Shown: positions 1 through 8,242, numbered from the stretch's first letter. The stretch: 19,336 bases of DNA from Thermoplasmatales archaeon SW_10_69_26 (GCA_003009755.1 PXUB01000039.1:1-19336); one strand, 5' to 3'. A program made the numbers and translations. The notes: generated from the sequence alone by a model not told the origin.

Positions 1-20
1 GGGAGGTCGTCGTTGCTCAT
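1..20 (-). CDS. 5' start of a gene running off the left edge (MSNDDL...)
   Basis: ATG at 20 in the same orientation as the element operon; only 6 full codons visible. Confidence 0.35.
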
Positions 21-106
21 GCCTGGGGATGGGGGCCTTGGCGGGAGGCGTTGTCCGCGAACGGTTCGATGTCTATTGAGAGGGCGCGTTCAGCACCCTC
101 TTGATA

Positions 107-124
107 CTCTCTCTCTCTCTCTCT
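107..124. repeat. (CT)9 dinucleotide microsatellite in an intergenic spacer
   Basis: ctctctctctctctctct read directly, between ORF 155-397 and the ATG at 20. Confidence 0.9.
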
Positions 125-154
125 TGGGTTTTTCGGAGGCTCAGCCGGGTCAGG

Positions 155-397
155 TCAGACTTGGATTTGTCCCTTGCCGGAGACGGGGTCGCCGTTGTAG
201 TCCAGGACTTCTTTGACGCTGGCCCAGCCGCCGGAGCCATAGGTGGCAAGCGTCCCGTCCCAGTTGATCTCGGCGTCCTTTCCGGGTCCGTTGAAGAGGA
301 GCTCGACGGAGTTGGGGCGGCTGCCTGTGCCTTCAAAGACGACGGTGCCGACCCGGTCGCCCCGGTAAACCAGGGGTACTTCTTCTGTGCCTGCCAT
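155..397 (-). CDS. small beta-rich hypothetical viral protein (80 aa)
   Basis: ATG preceded by GGAGGGGGT (SD-like); operon orientation; normal composition. Confidence 0.7.
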   Translation of the reverse strand: MAGTEEVPLVYRGDRVGTVVFEGTGSRPNSVELLFNGPGKDAEINWDGTLATYGSGGWASVKEVLDYNGDPVSGKGQIQV

Positions 398-433
398 ACC
401 CCCTCCAGCCTCTCTCTTGAGCTTTTCGGGGCC

Positions 434-604
434 TCAGCGGGGTGGGTCGACGGGGATGAGGGGGCCCTCGAGGGCGGTGCGGTCGGTGTAGCCGGCGCCC
501 GTCTCGTCCTCGAGCAGGAGGACTCTCCAGCCCTCTTGGACCTTGACGAACGTTCCCAGGTCGGTGCTCCAGTAGTAGCCGGGCTCGGCGTCCGAGGGAT
601 CCAT
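434..604 (-). CDS. hypothetical protein, 56 aa (MDPSDAEPGYYWSTDLGTFVKVQEGWRVLLLEDETG...), absent from the ORF track
   Basis: Manual translation from ATG 604 to TGA 434; fills the gap between the ATPase and ORF 155-397; acidic, GC3-rich codons. Confidence 0.7.
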   Translation of the reverse strand: MDPSDAEPGYYWSTDLGTFVKVQEGWRVLLLEDETGAGYTDRTALEGPLIPVDPPR

Positions 605-625
605 GCCCGACCGAGAGGCGGGCCG

Positions 626-1258
626 CTACTTAGGCGGTTGGAGCGGGAAGGGCTCGCGCCAGGTGAGGTCCCCAGCGTGGGCGTGCAAGTAGTGATGCTC
701 GGGCAGACGGTCGGCCAGATGCATCTGTGGGGTGCTGGCGATCTCGGCGAGGTCCTCGGCGTCGTCGCTGGGCAGCCGCCAGGCCAGGACGTGGTCCGCC
801 CGTCGGCAAATCTTGGGAATCTCGTTGCTGCGGTGGATCTCGACCAGTAGGCTGGTGTCCTGCTTGTGGGCGGTCCGCCACAGGGTCGACACGTTGTCCG
901 GGGTCGCCGAGGGACTGGTCCCAGGTACCGCCCGGCTAAACTCGAGCAGGACCACCGCGAGGCCGGGGGCGAGGTTTTCGAGGGCGAGGCCGGCGACGTC
1001 GTCGAGCTGGTCGTAGCCGACGTGCAGCGAGACGCAGGGAGTGTCGACGTCGGCGAGGGCGTCGAGGCTGCGGATCTGGGTCCAGCGTTGGGGCTGCATC
1101 GTGGGCGGCGGGTCGGCTGGGTCGAGCTCGCCTTCGGGGTCGTGGACGATGGCCCGGCGGTGCAGCTCAGCAAGAAAGCAAAGCCCGGTCGTTTTCCCCT
1201 GCTCGAAGTCGCCGGCGGCAAGCACCTTGTCCCCGGGCTCGAGCTGCTGGCCGGTCAT
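626..1258 (-). CDS. divergent FtsK/HerA-superfamily viral packaging ATPase-like protein (210 aa)
   Basis: Walker A GDFEQGKT; Walker-B-like VVLLE; WRTAHKQDTSLLVEIHR at the position of the GRH...Q motif of P9/A32-type ATPases; ATG 1258 overlaps the upstream stop (ATGA). Confidence 0.75.
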   Translation of the reverse strand: MTGQQLEPGDKVLAAGDFEQGKTTGLCFLAELHRRAIVHDPEGELDPADPPPTMQPQRWTQIRSLDALADVDTPCVSLHVGYDQLDDVAGLALENLAPGLAVVLLEFSRAVPGTSPSATPDNVSTLWRTAHKQDTSLLVEIHRSNEIPKICRRADHVLAWRLPSDDAEDLAEIASTPQMHLADRLPEHHYLHAHAGDLTWREPFPLQPPK

Positions 1259-1467
1259 AGCACCCCCAGGGTCTTGGCTTGGCTCAGGAGGTTCTCGAGG
1301 TCCTCGAGGCACCGACGCTCGCCGATGGGGACCGCCGCCTCTACGCTGCATCCGTCGCCGCAGGTAATGCAGGTGAGGCTTGCCAAGTGAGGAGACTGTT
1401 TGGCAGATTGGTCGGCGTAGAGATGCCCCTCGGGGCAGGTCCAGAGGCGGAGGTAGACCTCAGTCAC
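1255..1467 (-). CDS. small Zn-ribbon protein (CPEGH...CITC), 70 aa
   Basis: GTG 1467 overlaps the upstream TGA; CxxxH and CxxC pairs. Confidence 0.65.
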   Translation of the reverse strand: MTEVYLRLWTCPEGHLYADQSAKQSPHLASLTCITCGDGCSVEAAVPIGERRCLEDLENLLSQAKTLGVL

Positions 1468-1691
1468 CGGTGTTGCCCCCCGCGGCCGCGACGGCGCTGT
1501 TGGCGTTCTTTGAAGCGTTGGGCGGCGGTTTGGACGTCGCCGACGGGGAGGGTGACGCCGTAGCCGCCGCAGCATTTGACGTCGTAGACGATCATCACGC
1601 CGTCTTCTCCGCCGGCTTTGGCGTACTGGCTATCGGGTAGCGGTTCGCCGCACGTCACGCAGTGCTCGGGTTCGGGCGTCTCGTCGGTCAT
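1464..1691 (-). CDS. small Cys-rich (CVTC...KCC) hypothetical protein
   Basis: 4-nt start/stop overlaps at both ends; acidic N-terminus. Confidence 0.7.
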   Translation of the reverse strand: MTDETPEPEHCVTCGEPLPDSQYAKAGGEDGVMIVYDVKCCGGYGVTLPVGDVQTAAQRFKERQQRRRGRGGQHR

Positions 1692-2527
1692 GCTTTCAGT
1701 TGCTCCTTGAAGCGGGCTTTGCGGGCGTCGAGGTCGGCGTCGTCGGGTTCGGCATCGGGGCCGGCGTGGTCGGTGGGCGTATGGTCTTCGAGGTCGTCCT
1801 CGGTGGCGTCGTCCTGGTCTTGACGGGCGTTTTGGCGGGCTTCGAGGACGCGGGGGCCGAAGACGGCGACGGTGGTGACGGCAGCGCTCACCTCGGCGCC
1901 GTAGTGGGGGAGGTATTTGGCCACGACGGGACTCCAGGCGTCGACCAGGGCGTCTTCTTCCTGTTGGGAGAGGGGTTGGGCGCCGTGGTTCTCGAGGCGG
2001 CCGCTGACGACGCGGACGGTGCTGGTGACAAGCGGGGCGGCCTCGGCGGGATCCATCGCCGGCGGCTCGTCGTCAAGGCCGCCGCGGGAGGTCTCCTTTT
2101 CGGGGGCGGTCTCCTGGTCCTCGTCCGTGGCCTCGGGGGCATCGCGTCGGGGCTTGGGGCGGTCGTCTCCGCCGGGGAGGCTCCAGGTGGTGGCCTGGGG
2201 CTTGTCGACCTGGGCGGTGGCGGGCTCCTGGTCGCGGAGGTCCTCGAGGTTGCGTCCCCCAGCCTCGGGCCCAGGCTCGGCCTCGGCCTCGGATTCGTGC
2301 TGGGGATCGGGCTCGGTTGGGGCCTCGTCGGCGTCGGGATCGTCGGTGCTGGGGGTCCAGCCGTCGTCGGCGGCCTCGAGCTTGGTTTTGTGCTTCTCGC
2401 GGACGTGGTTGGCCATCGGACCGGCGGGGGCCTGTTTCTCACATATTTGGCATTTGTAGCGGGTTTGCCAGGGCGGGGCGTCGTCGCCCTTGTCATCGAC
2501 CCGGTTGGCGAGGTCTTTCCATCCCAT
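1688..2527 (-). CDS. C2H2 zinc-finger protein with acidic linker and a C-terminal hydrophobic segment
   Basis: CQIC-x12-H-x4-H; D/E/P-rich middle; VSAAVTTVAVFGP; start placed at ATG 2527 (2554 is an alternative). Confidence 0.75.
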   Translation of the reverse strand: MGWKDLANRVDDKGDDAPPWQTRYKCQICEKQAPAGPMANHVREKHKTKLEAADDGWTPSTDDPDADEAPTEPDPQHESEAEAEPGPEAGGRNLEDLRDQEPATAQVDKPQATTWSLPGGDDRPKPRRDAPEATDEDQETAPEKETSRGGLDDEPPAMDPAEAAPLVTSTVRVVSGRLENHGAQPLSQQEEDALVDAWSPVVAKYLPHYGAEVSAAVTTVAVFGPRVLEARQNARQDQDDATEDDLEDHTPTDHAGPDAEPDDADLDARKARFKEQLKA

Positions 2528-2560
2528 CCAGCCCAGCCATGCCAACCCAGACACAAGTAA

Positions 2561-3427
2561 CTACCCGTCTGTGAGTTCCAAGGTCGGGATTTGGCGGCGG
2601 AGTTGGCGGGCGACGGCGCGGCCCATGGCGAGGGGGACGCTGTCGCCGATGGCTGCCGCGGTGGCGGTCTTGGTCTCGGGGAAGGTCCATTTGTCGGGGT
2701 CCATCCCGTGCAGGCGGGCCATGTCATCGGTGTCCAGCCATCGGATGCTGCTCCGGTTGGCCTCGTCCCAGAGCAGGAATCCGTTGACGGATTTGCTGGT
2801 GAGGGTGTAGCCGGGTTCGTGGCCAGGCAGGACGGGCAGGCGGTTTCGGTCCCGATACGCGGCTTGTTGCTGGAAGTCGGCCATGAGGTTCTCATCGCCG
2901 GGGAGGGCTTCGGCCCAGCCGTTGATGGGTTCGAGGCGTTGGCCGTCGAGGCGGGCCTGGCCGGGGTCGCCGTGGGTCCGAGGGGGGGGGTTGTGGAGGC
3001 CTTTGAAGCCGCGTTCGCGGATCGTGTAGCCGCCGACGTCGCAGTCGCGGACCTTGGTGACGTTGTCGATGCCTTGCCAGCCGAGCATGACGTTCTCGAG
3101 CGCGGTGGCTGCGGGGTCGTAGGCGTCGACGAGGTCGAGCACCGCATCGCGGAGGCTGGTGTCGTGCTCGGCGTTGTTGTTGGCTTGGCTGTAGGTTTGG
3201 CAGGGGATGCCGCCGATGACGACGGTTTGGTTGGGGGGCGAGTAAGCGGCGAGGTCGGCGGCGTCCAGGTCGGTGACGTCGGCGACGTTGCAGGTGGCGT
3301 CGGTGTTTTGCTCGTAGCAGCTGGCCCGTTTGTCGTCGAGTTCCCAGGCGGCCATGACGTCGAAGCCTTCGAGCTCGAAGGCCCGGCCGAGGACCCCGAT
3401 ACCGCCGCACAGATCTAGGACGTTCAC
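2561..3427 (-). CDS. DNA (cytosine-5) methyltransferase, orphan in this window
   Basis: Motif I variant LDLCGGIG, motif IV GGIPCQ, motif VI ENV, motif VIII RER, motif X IGDSV; GTG 3427 with GGAGG SD, overlapping the upstream TGA. Confidence 0.9.
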   Translation of the reverse strand: MNVLDLCGGIGVLGRAFELEGFDVMAAWELDDKRASCYEQNTDATCNVADVTDLDAADLAAYSPPNQTVVIGGIPCQTYSQANNNAEHDTSLRDAVLDLVDAYDPAATALENVMLGWQGIDNVTKVRDCDVGGYTIRERGFKGLHNPPPRTHGDPGQARLDGQRLEPINGWAEALPGDENLMADFQQQAAYRDRNRLPVLPGHEPGYTLTSKSVNGFLLWDEANRSSIRWLDTDDMARLHGMDPDKWTFPETKTATAAAIGDSVPLAMGRAVARQLRRQIPTLELTDG

Positions 3428-4245
3428 AAGGGACCTCCCTCGGTCCTCGGAGTCGTCCCGTTTCCGCAGGTGGAGCAAAGCATCGCCTGGCTGGGATCGA
3501 GCTCGGCGCGGACGGCCCGGCGCTCGGACTCGGTCATCCCGCCCCAGGCCCAGAGGAGGCGGTGGGCCTGGTCGACGTCGTCGGCGAGCTCGTCCTCGAC
3601 GAGCCCCTCGAGGTTCTCGAGCCAGTCGGCGTGTTCGTCCTCGCCGGCGGCGCGGAGATCGAGGAGCTCAGCCGGGCTCCCGTAGAAGCCGCAGAAGCAG
3701 TCGCCGGAGCGGCCAAGGTCGGCCCACAGGGGGTTTTCGGGGAGGTCGTTCTCGGCGATGTGTTCGCAGACCTGGTTCTTCGTCCACTCAGCGAGGGGCG
3801 CGACCCAGGTCCAGCGGTCGGCCTCTTGGACGGGCGTCACGCGACCCATGCGGTTGCGGCTCTCCCGACGCCGGACGCCGGTCCACAGGTGGAGCCCTTC
3901 ACCCTGGCCCCGGCCGCCGACGGTGGTAGCGAGGCGTTCGAGTGGCCTCTCCTTGAGGCGACGGTAGAGGACAGGGTGGTCTCGGGGGCCGGGGAAGCCG
4001 TGCGTGGTGACGATCTCCGCGTAGCTCTCCCGCGTTCGGAGGGTCCAGAGGTGGGCGTCGAGCTCGTCGGCCAGGTCTTCGACGTATTGGCGGTTGCTCT
4101 CGAGGCCGGTGCCGGTGTCGAGGTAGACGAGGAGGCCGACGCCGTGCTCAGTGACAGCGACGTGGGCCGCGGCGGTGCTGTCCATCCCGCCGCTGACAAG
4201 GGCGACGTGGGTCTCGCCATGCGACGGCTCGGGTAGGTCAGCCAA
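3424..4245 (-). CDS. PAPS-reductase-family (PP-loop) protein
   Basis: SGGMDS PP-loop, DTG, LKERP, TGVRRRESRNR, PLAEW, SGDCFC and C-terminal CSTC. Confidence 0.88.
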   Translation of the reverse strand: MADLPEPSHGETHVALVSGGMDSTAAAHVAVTEHGVGLLVYLDTGTGLESNRQYVEDLADELDAHLWTLRTRESYAEIVTTHGFPGPRDHPVLYRRLKERPLERLATTVGGRGQGEGLHLWTGVRRRESRNRMGRVTPVQEADRWTWVAPLAEWTKNQVCEHIAENDLPENPLWADLGRSGDCFCGFYGSPAELLDLRAAGEDEHADWLENLEGLVEDELADDVDQAHRLLWAWGGMTESERRAVRAELDPSQAMLCSTCGNGTTPRTEGGPL

Positions 4246-4696
4246 GGCCGGGAGCCTCCTCGAGCTCGTCGGTGATGTCGGCGCCGGCGAGCAGGCGCCA
4301 GGTCCTCGCGAAGATGAAGCGAGCGCCGGCCTGGCTGGCGGCTTTCAAGTCGTAGAGACGGTCGCCGATGTAGACGTCGGCGCCGATCTTCGCGAGGACC
4401 TCGGCCTTCCACGCTCGAGCATCTTCGATGCCCTCCCACGGCTCCGGCTGGAAGTGGACGTCTTCGAGCGGGGGGGTATTCACGTTAGCGAGCTGGTGGG
4501 TCGTCGCACCGGCAAGCCGGGTGGTGCGGGCGGTGACGATGTGGACGTAACAGCGGTGCGCGATGCGGGATAAGAGATTCATCGACGGCCTGTGCGGTCT
4601 TGTCGAGGCCCGGACGCTGACGGGATCGGTGAAGTCGGCGTCCTCTTCTCCGGTGAACAGGGTCCCGTCGAGGTCGACGGCGAGCGTGTTCAACAC
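4238..4696 (-). CDS. HAD-superfamily phosphatase (PNK 3'-phosphatase/nucleotidase-like), 152 aa
   Basis: AVDLDGTL (motif I), VTAR (II), K (III), IGDRLYD (IV); GTG 4696 after GAGGGGG. Confidence 0.85.
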   Translation of the reverse strand: MLNTLAVDLDGTLFTGEEDADFTDPVSVRASTRPHRPSMNLLSRIAHRCYVHIVTARTTRLAGATTHQLANVNTPPLEDVHFQPEPWEGIEDARAWKAEVLAKIGADVYIGDRLYDLKAASQAGARFIFARTWRLLAGADITDELEEAPGLG

Positions 4697-4881
4697 GGAC
4701 CCCCCTCGGTGGCGTGGTCGCCGTATCGGCACCAAACGCAGAGGCGGTTGCAGAAGTACGTGTGGAGCTCGCAGCCGGGCTCGCACTCCTCGCAGGGGCA
4801 CGGGTCTTTGGGTCGGCCGCTTTCGAGGGCCACCGCCTCGTAAAGGTCGGTGACGGCCTCGCAGGAGTTCGGACGGCTCAT
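4690..4881 (-). CDS. Cys-rich small metal-binding protein (63 aa)
   Basis: CPCEEC, C/H-rich tail with CVWC; ATGA overlap and SD GAGGGAGG. Confidence 0.7.
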   Translation of the reverse strand: MSRPNSCEAVTDLYEAVALESGRPKDPCPCEECEPGCELHTYFCNRLCVWCRYGDHATEGGPC

Positions 4882-5105
4882 GTTGGCCCTCCCTCATCAG
4901 GGAGCAGGTCGCGGGGCGTGGGGCCATAGCAGCCCAGGGGTACGCGGTCGTGCCAGACCGCGCAGTCGGCGATGTAGCTTTGGATGAGGTGGCCTTGCTC
5001 GAGATCCTGGGCCTCGAGGACGTCAGGGCCGTCCAGGTCGAGGAGCAGGGCGCCGGGGTCGCCTATGGGTTCGTCTGGCATCGGGTCGTGGCTGTCGCTA
5101 TTCAT
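4878..5105 (-). CDS. small acidic hypothetical protein (75 aa)
   Basis: Overlaps the rep stop; GGAGG SD; operon continuity. Confidence 0.65.
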   Translation of the reverse strand: MNSDSHDPMPDEPIGDPGALLLDLDGPDVLEAQDLEQGHLIQSYIADCAVWHDRVPLGCYGPTPRDLLPDEGGPT

Positions 5106-6750
5106 CGTTGTCCTCCTGTCGTTTGATCTCGTGGTCGCGCATCCGCCAGCTGATCGCGTCGTGGCGGAGGCGGTCGGTGTCGGCCGCGTCGATCAGCCGG
5201 CCGCGGCGGACGCTGGGCTCGACGTCGACGGGGTCGCGGTCCTCCTCGGCGGGATCGTGGCCCAGGCTAGCCTGGGCGTCCTCGCTGGCTCCGTCCCCGA
5301 TGGCCTGCTCGCACAGGCGAGCGACGTCGGTGCGGTTGAGGCCGCCGTGCTCCTCGAGCTGCTGCCCGCAGCGGGTGCACATCTCGGCCTCCGGCAGGGT
5401 TACGTAGGTGGCCAGTCGGTCGCGGGCCCGCCATTCGAGCCCGCGCATGTTCTCCGGCGTCGGGGGGTCCAGCCCGTCGCCGCCGGCCGCCTCGTGGACC
5501 AGGGCGCTGGCTATGTCCTCGCGGACGAACGCGAGCCAGCCGGTGTCTTCGAGCTGGCCCCAGAGGTTCTCGCCGGCGTCGGGGTCGGGGACGCCGAGCT
5601 CGTCGGCGAACGCCTGCCAACCGCGGTGGCCGAGCTCGCCGTACCAGCGGCTCATCTGCCAGTTCTCCGGCGTTAGGGCCTGGACGGTCAGGACGCCGGC
5701 GGTGAACTCGTCGAGGGGGACGGTTTGGGTGTCGTGGTCGAGGTCGTCGCGGTCCTCGACGTCGAGCCGGACCCAATCCTGGCCGACGCTCAGGAGGCGC
5801 CGGTTGACGTCCTCGAGGTGGGGCCGCGTGTTGTACTTGGCTCCGTGGCTGAGTTTCGCCAGGTCCTCGCGGTCCCGGACCCACAAGGGCCGGTAGCGGA
5901 GGTTCTGGGTGCCCTCGAGGTCGCGGCCGCTCCAGTCCTCGAGGAGGTCCTTCCAGAGCTCGCGCATCTCGTCGAGCTCGCTCGTGGGCCGGTACAGCGG
6001 GCGCTGGCTGCCCGGCTCGCGCTCGAGGGCCCGCAACTCGCCGTGCTGATTACGGTAAACGGCCGGCGCCCAGACGTGCAGGTGGGGCCGGATCTGGTGG
6101 GGGAGGCTGCTGCTCGTCCGGTGGATCGAGACCCATGCCCCGACGGGCTCGCCCGGCAGGCCCATCAGCCGCCAGGCGTGCTCGAGGAAGGTCTCGCCGA
6201 GCCGGGCGAAGTCCCCGCCGCCTTCGTCCACGATCTCGCCCCAAGCCTCAGCCTCGAGCTCGGGCGGCAACGTGAGCTCGCACCGGATGAGGCCGAGCTC
6301 GCCCCCGCGGCCGCCGACGGCTTTCGCCATCCGCTTGAAACGGTCTCTGGCGGTCGATCCTCGCCCTTGGAAGGCGTTCCAGCTCCGGCCGTGGGGGTCC
6401 CAGCGGTCGCCGCTCAGGTAGGGCCGCCAGGAGGGGTCCTCGTGGCGCTCGCCGTCGCCGGCGTCGGGGCAGGAGACGGCGACGTAGCCCTCGCAGCCGC
6501 CGATCTCGTCGATTCGCTTTTCGTCGGGCAGCCGCGTGGGCAGCTCGCTGAGGACGCCGCGAGGCACGAGCTCGCCCTCGGCCTGCATCCGGTCGTAGGT
6601 GGCCAGGGCCTCCAGCCACGACATGTAGGGGGCCTTGGGCCGGCGCTGCTCCCAGTAATCGAGCACGCCGTCCACGGGAGAGGACTCGTCGGCCACGTCA
6701 TCGAGCAGCCATGCGGGGGCCCGCGCTCCGAACCGATCGGCGGCCGTCAT
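5098..6750 (-). CDS. rep: HUH rolling-circle replication initiator, IS91-transposase-like (SNJ1 RepA-type), about 550 aa
   Basis: Motif 1 ELTLP, motif 2 IH...RPHLHVW, motif 3 AKYNTRP, downstream RWYG; ATG 6750. Confidence 0.8.
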   Translation of the reverse strand: MTAADRFGARAPAWLLDDVADESSPVDGVLDYWEQRRPKAPYMSWLEALATYDRMQAEGELVPRGVLSELPTRLPDEKRIDEIGGCEGYVAVSCPDAGDGERHEDPSWRPYLSGDRWDPHGRSWNAFQGRGSTARDRFKRMAKAVGGRGGELGLIRCELTLPPELEAEAWGEIVDEGGGDFARLGETFLEHAWRLMGLPGEPVGAWVSIHRTSSSLPHQIRPHLHVWAPAVYRNQHGELRALEREPGSQRPLYRPTSELDEMRELWKDLLEDWSGRDLEGTQNLRYRPLWVRDREDLAKLSHGAKYNTRPHLEDVNRRLLSVGQDWVRLDVEDRDDLDHDTQTVPLDEFTAGVLTVQALTPENWQMSRWYGELGHRGWQAFADELGVPDPDAGENLWGQLEDTGWLAFVREDIASALVHEAAGGDGLDPPTPENMRGLEWRARDRLATYVTLPEAEMCTRCGQQLEEHGGLNRTDVARLCEQAIGDGASEDAQASLGHDPAEEDRDPVDVEPSVRRGRLIDAADTDRLRHDAISWRMRDHEIKRQEDNDE

Positions 6751-6921
6751 CTCGGCCCCCCGCAGAGACCAAATGCACACGTCTGTACATCAGGGGGTAT
6801 TTGAATGGGGGTCGGCGCCCGCGGAACCTGTCTCCCCATTCCCACCAAGGGGGAGCCGACCATACTGGGCGCGCCTCGCGGCACCCTTGGCTGGGATGGG
6901 CTGCCTGGTAGTCGGGATAAC

Positions 6922-6950
6922 CCCGCGCGGCCGCGGGGCGGCCGCGCGGG
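6922..6950. other. perfect 13-bp all-GC hairpin; candidate replication-origin or regulatory stem-loop
   Basis: cccgcgcggccgc-ggg-gcggccgcgcggg, about 170 bp upstream of rep. Confidence 0.6.
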
Positions 6951-6990
6951 TTCGGTGGTGGACTGTTGGCTCGGTGCTCGAGCCGTAGAA

Positions 6991-7069
6991 GGCCGCCGGC
7001 CGGACTCGAACCGGCGTGGCCCCCGGCTTCGGGCCAGGGGCCGGATCGGCCTGGCTACCTCACGGCGGC
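6991..7069 (-). ncRNA. tRNA-like RNA (79 nt) with a non-canonical anticodon arm
   Basis: Acceptor stem GCCGCCG/CGGCGGC; T arm GCCGG-TTCGAGT-CCGGC; U8; D-loop-like TAGCCAGGCCGA; 10-bp stem with CCGAA loop in place of the anticodon arm. Confidence 0.75.
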
Positions 7070-7189
7070 AGCGGAGGGCCACCACACGTCGTGTGTGGTG
7101 GTCTATGACCCCCGACATGTTGTGGGGGTGGTCGGTGGGCGGGCCGGCCGCCGACCTGTGGTGGGGTCGGCAGTCGGCCCGCCGGAGGC

Positions 7190-7414
7190 TCACGGTGGGG
7201 TCTCGCCTCCCTCGTCGGTCTCGATCACCAGGGCGAGCGGGGCGGTGGACGTGTCGCCGCCGCTGGCCTGACTGAGGTAGCTATCGACGGCCTCGGTCAC
7301 CCAATTCTCGGGCCCCCCGCTGACGGGGACGGGCAGCCGCCAGCGATCAGTGAGGAACCATATCTCGCCGAGCGGGGTGTGGAGGAGGGGCGTCAGGTAG
7401 GCGGTCTCGGCCAT
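7190..7414 (-). CDS. hypothetical protein (74 aa)
   Basis: TGATG coupling with the upstream ORF. Confidence 0.6.
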   Translation of the reverse strand: MAETAYLTPLLHTPLGEIWFLTDRWRLPVPVSGGPENWVTEAVDSYLSQASGGDTSTAPLALVIETDEGGETPP

Positions 7415-7716
7415 CAGGGCCGCGCCTCCCGGGGCTCGAGGATGCCGACGGTTCGGCCCTCGAGGGCGTCGGGGACGTCTTCCCGGGGGCCGTCGTCGAG
7501 CGCGAGGCGGGCGGCCTGGGCGAGGACGCGCTCGGCCCGATCCTGACGGCTCACTCGGAAGACCTTGGCGAGGCCGGGCCGGTCCGGGTCGCCGATGCCG
7601 ACCTCAGCGATGACGACCTCGCCGGCCGAGGCCATGATGCGGACCTCGACGGTGGCCGGAGCCTGGTCGCGGACCTGCTCGAGCAGCTCGCCGGCGGGCG
7701 CCGGGTCGGAGCTCAA
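7414..7716 (-). CDS. hypothetical protein (100 aa)
   Basis: TTG start overlaps the upstream TGA; alpha/beta pattern. Confidence 0.65.
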   Translation of the reverse strand: MSSDPAPAGELLEQVRDQAPATVEVRIMASAGEVVIAEVGIGDPDRPGLAKVFRVSRQDRAERVLAQAARLALDDGPREDVPDALEGRTVGILEPREARP

Positions 7717-8156
7717 GGGCGACCGCCCCCGGCGATCTTGCAGCCGAGCCGGTGGGCGTGCTCGCCGACGTCCTCGGCCTCCTGGCGGATCTCCTCGCGG
7801 AAGCTCTCGAGGGTGCCCGGCCTGACGCCATCGAGGTCGAGGGTGTCGAGGAGCTCGGTGAGCCGGTCGGCGACGTCGTGCAGGGCTCGGGCTCGGCCGC
7901 GTTGGACGGCGTGGGCGTAGGCGAGCGAATCGCTTGCCGGGTCGCCGTCGAGGCGAGCCCGCAGGTAGTCGAGTTGAGTGGAGAGACGGCGGACTTGCTC
8001 AAGAGCGAGGGCAGCCGCCTCGAGCTGCCGTTGGCGCCCGCCGCCATGGCGGCGAGCGTCACCTCGCAGCCGTGAGATGGTTGCGCCGAGGTTGTCGGGC
8101 AGTTGGTCAGAATCTGAGCGCGAGAGGTCGGGGTTGTAGGGTGTCTCGTCGTTCAT
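7713..8156 (-). CDS. helical/coiled-coil hypothetical protein (147 aa); first gene of the leftward operon
   Basis: ATG with GGAGGGT SD; heptad-like Leu pattern. Confidence 0.75.
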   Translation of the reverse strand: MNDETPYNPDLSRSDSDQLPDNLGATISRLRGDARRHGGGRQRQLEAAALALEQVRRLSTQLDYLRARLDGDPASDSLAYAHAVQRGRARALHDVADRLTELLDTLDLDGVRPGTLESFREEIRQEAEDVGEHAHRLGCKIAGGGRP

Positions 8157-8242
8157 CGGGACCCTCCAGCCTCCCCCGTTCGTGGGGGAGGGTCCGGCGG
8201 GTCCCGACCTGACTGAGGGGCTCGCGCCCGTCAGCCCCGCCC

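Noticed and set aside
6991-7069. Canonical tRNA-Ser(CGA)
   Set aside because: A forced 7-nt loop has C instead of U33, the spacing is abnormal and the long variable arm of tRNA-Ser is missing
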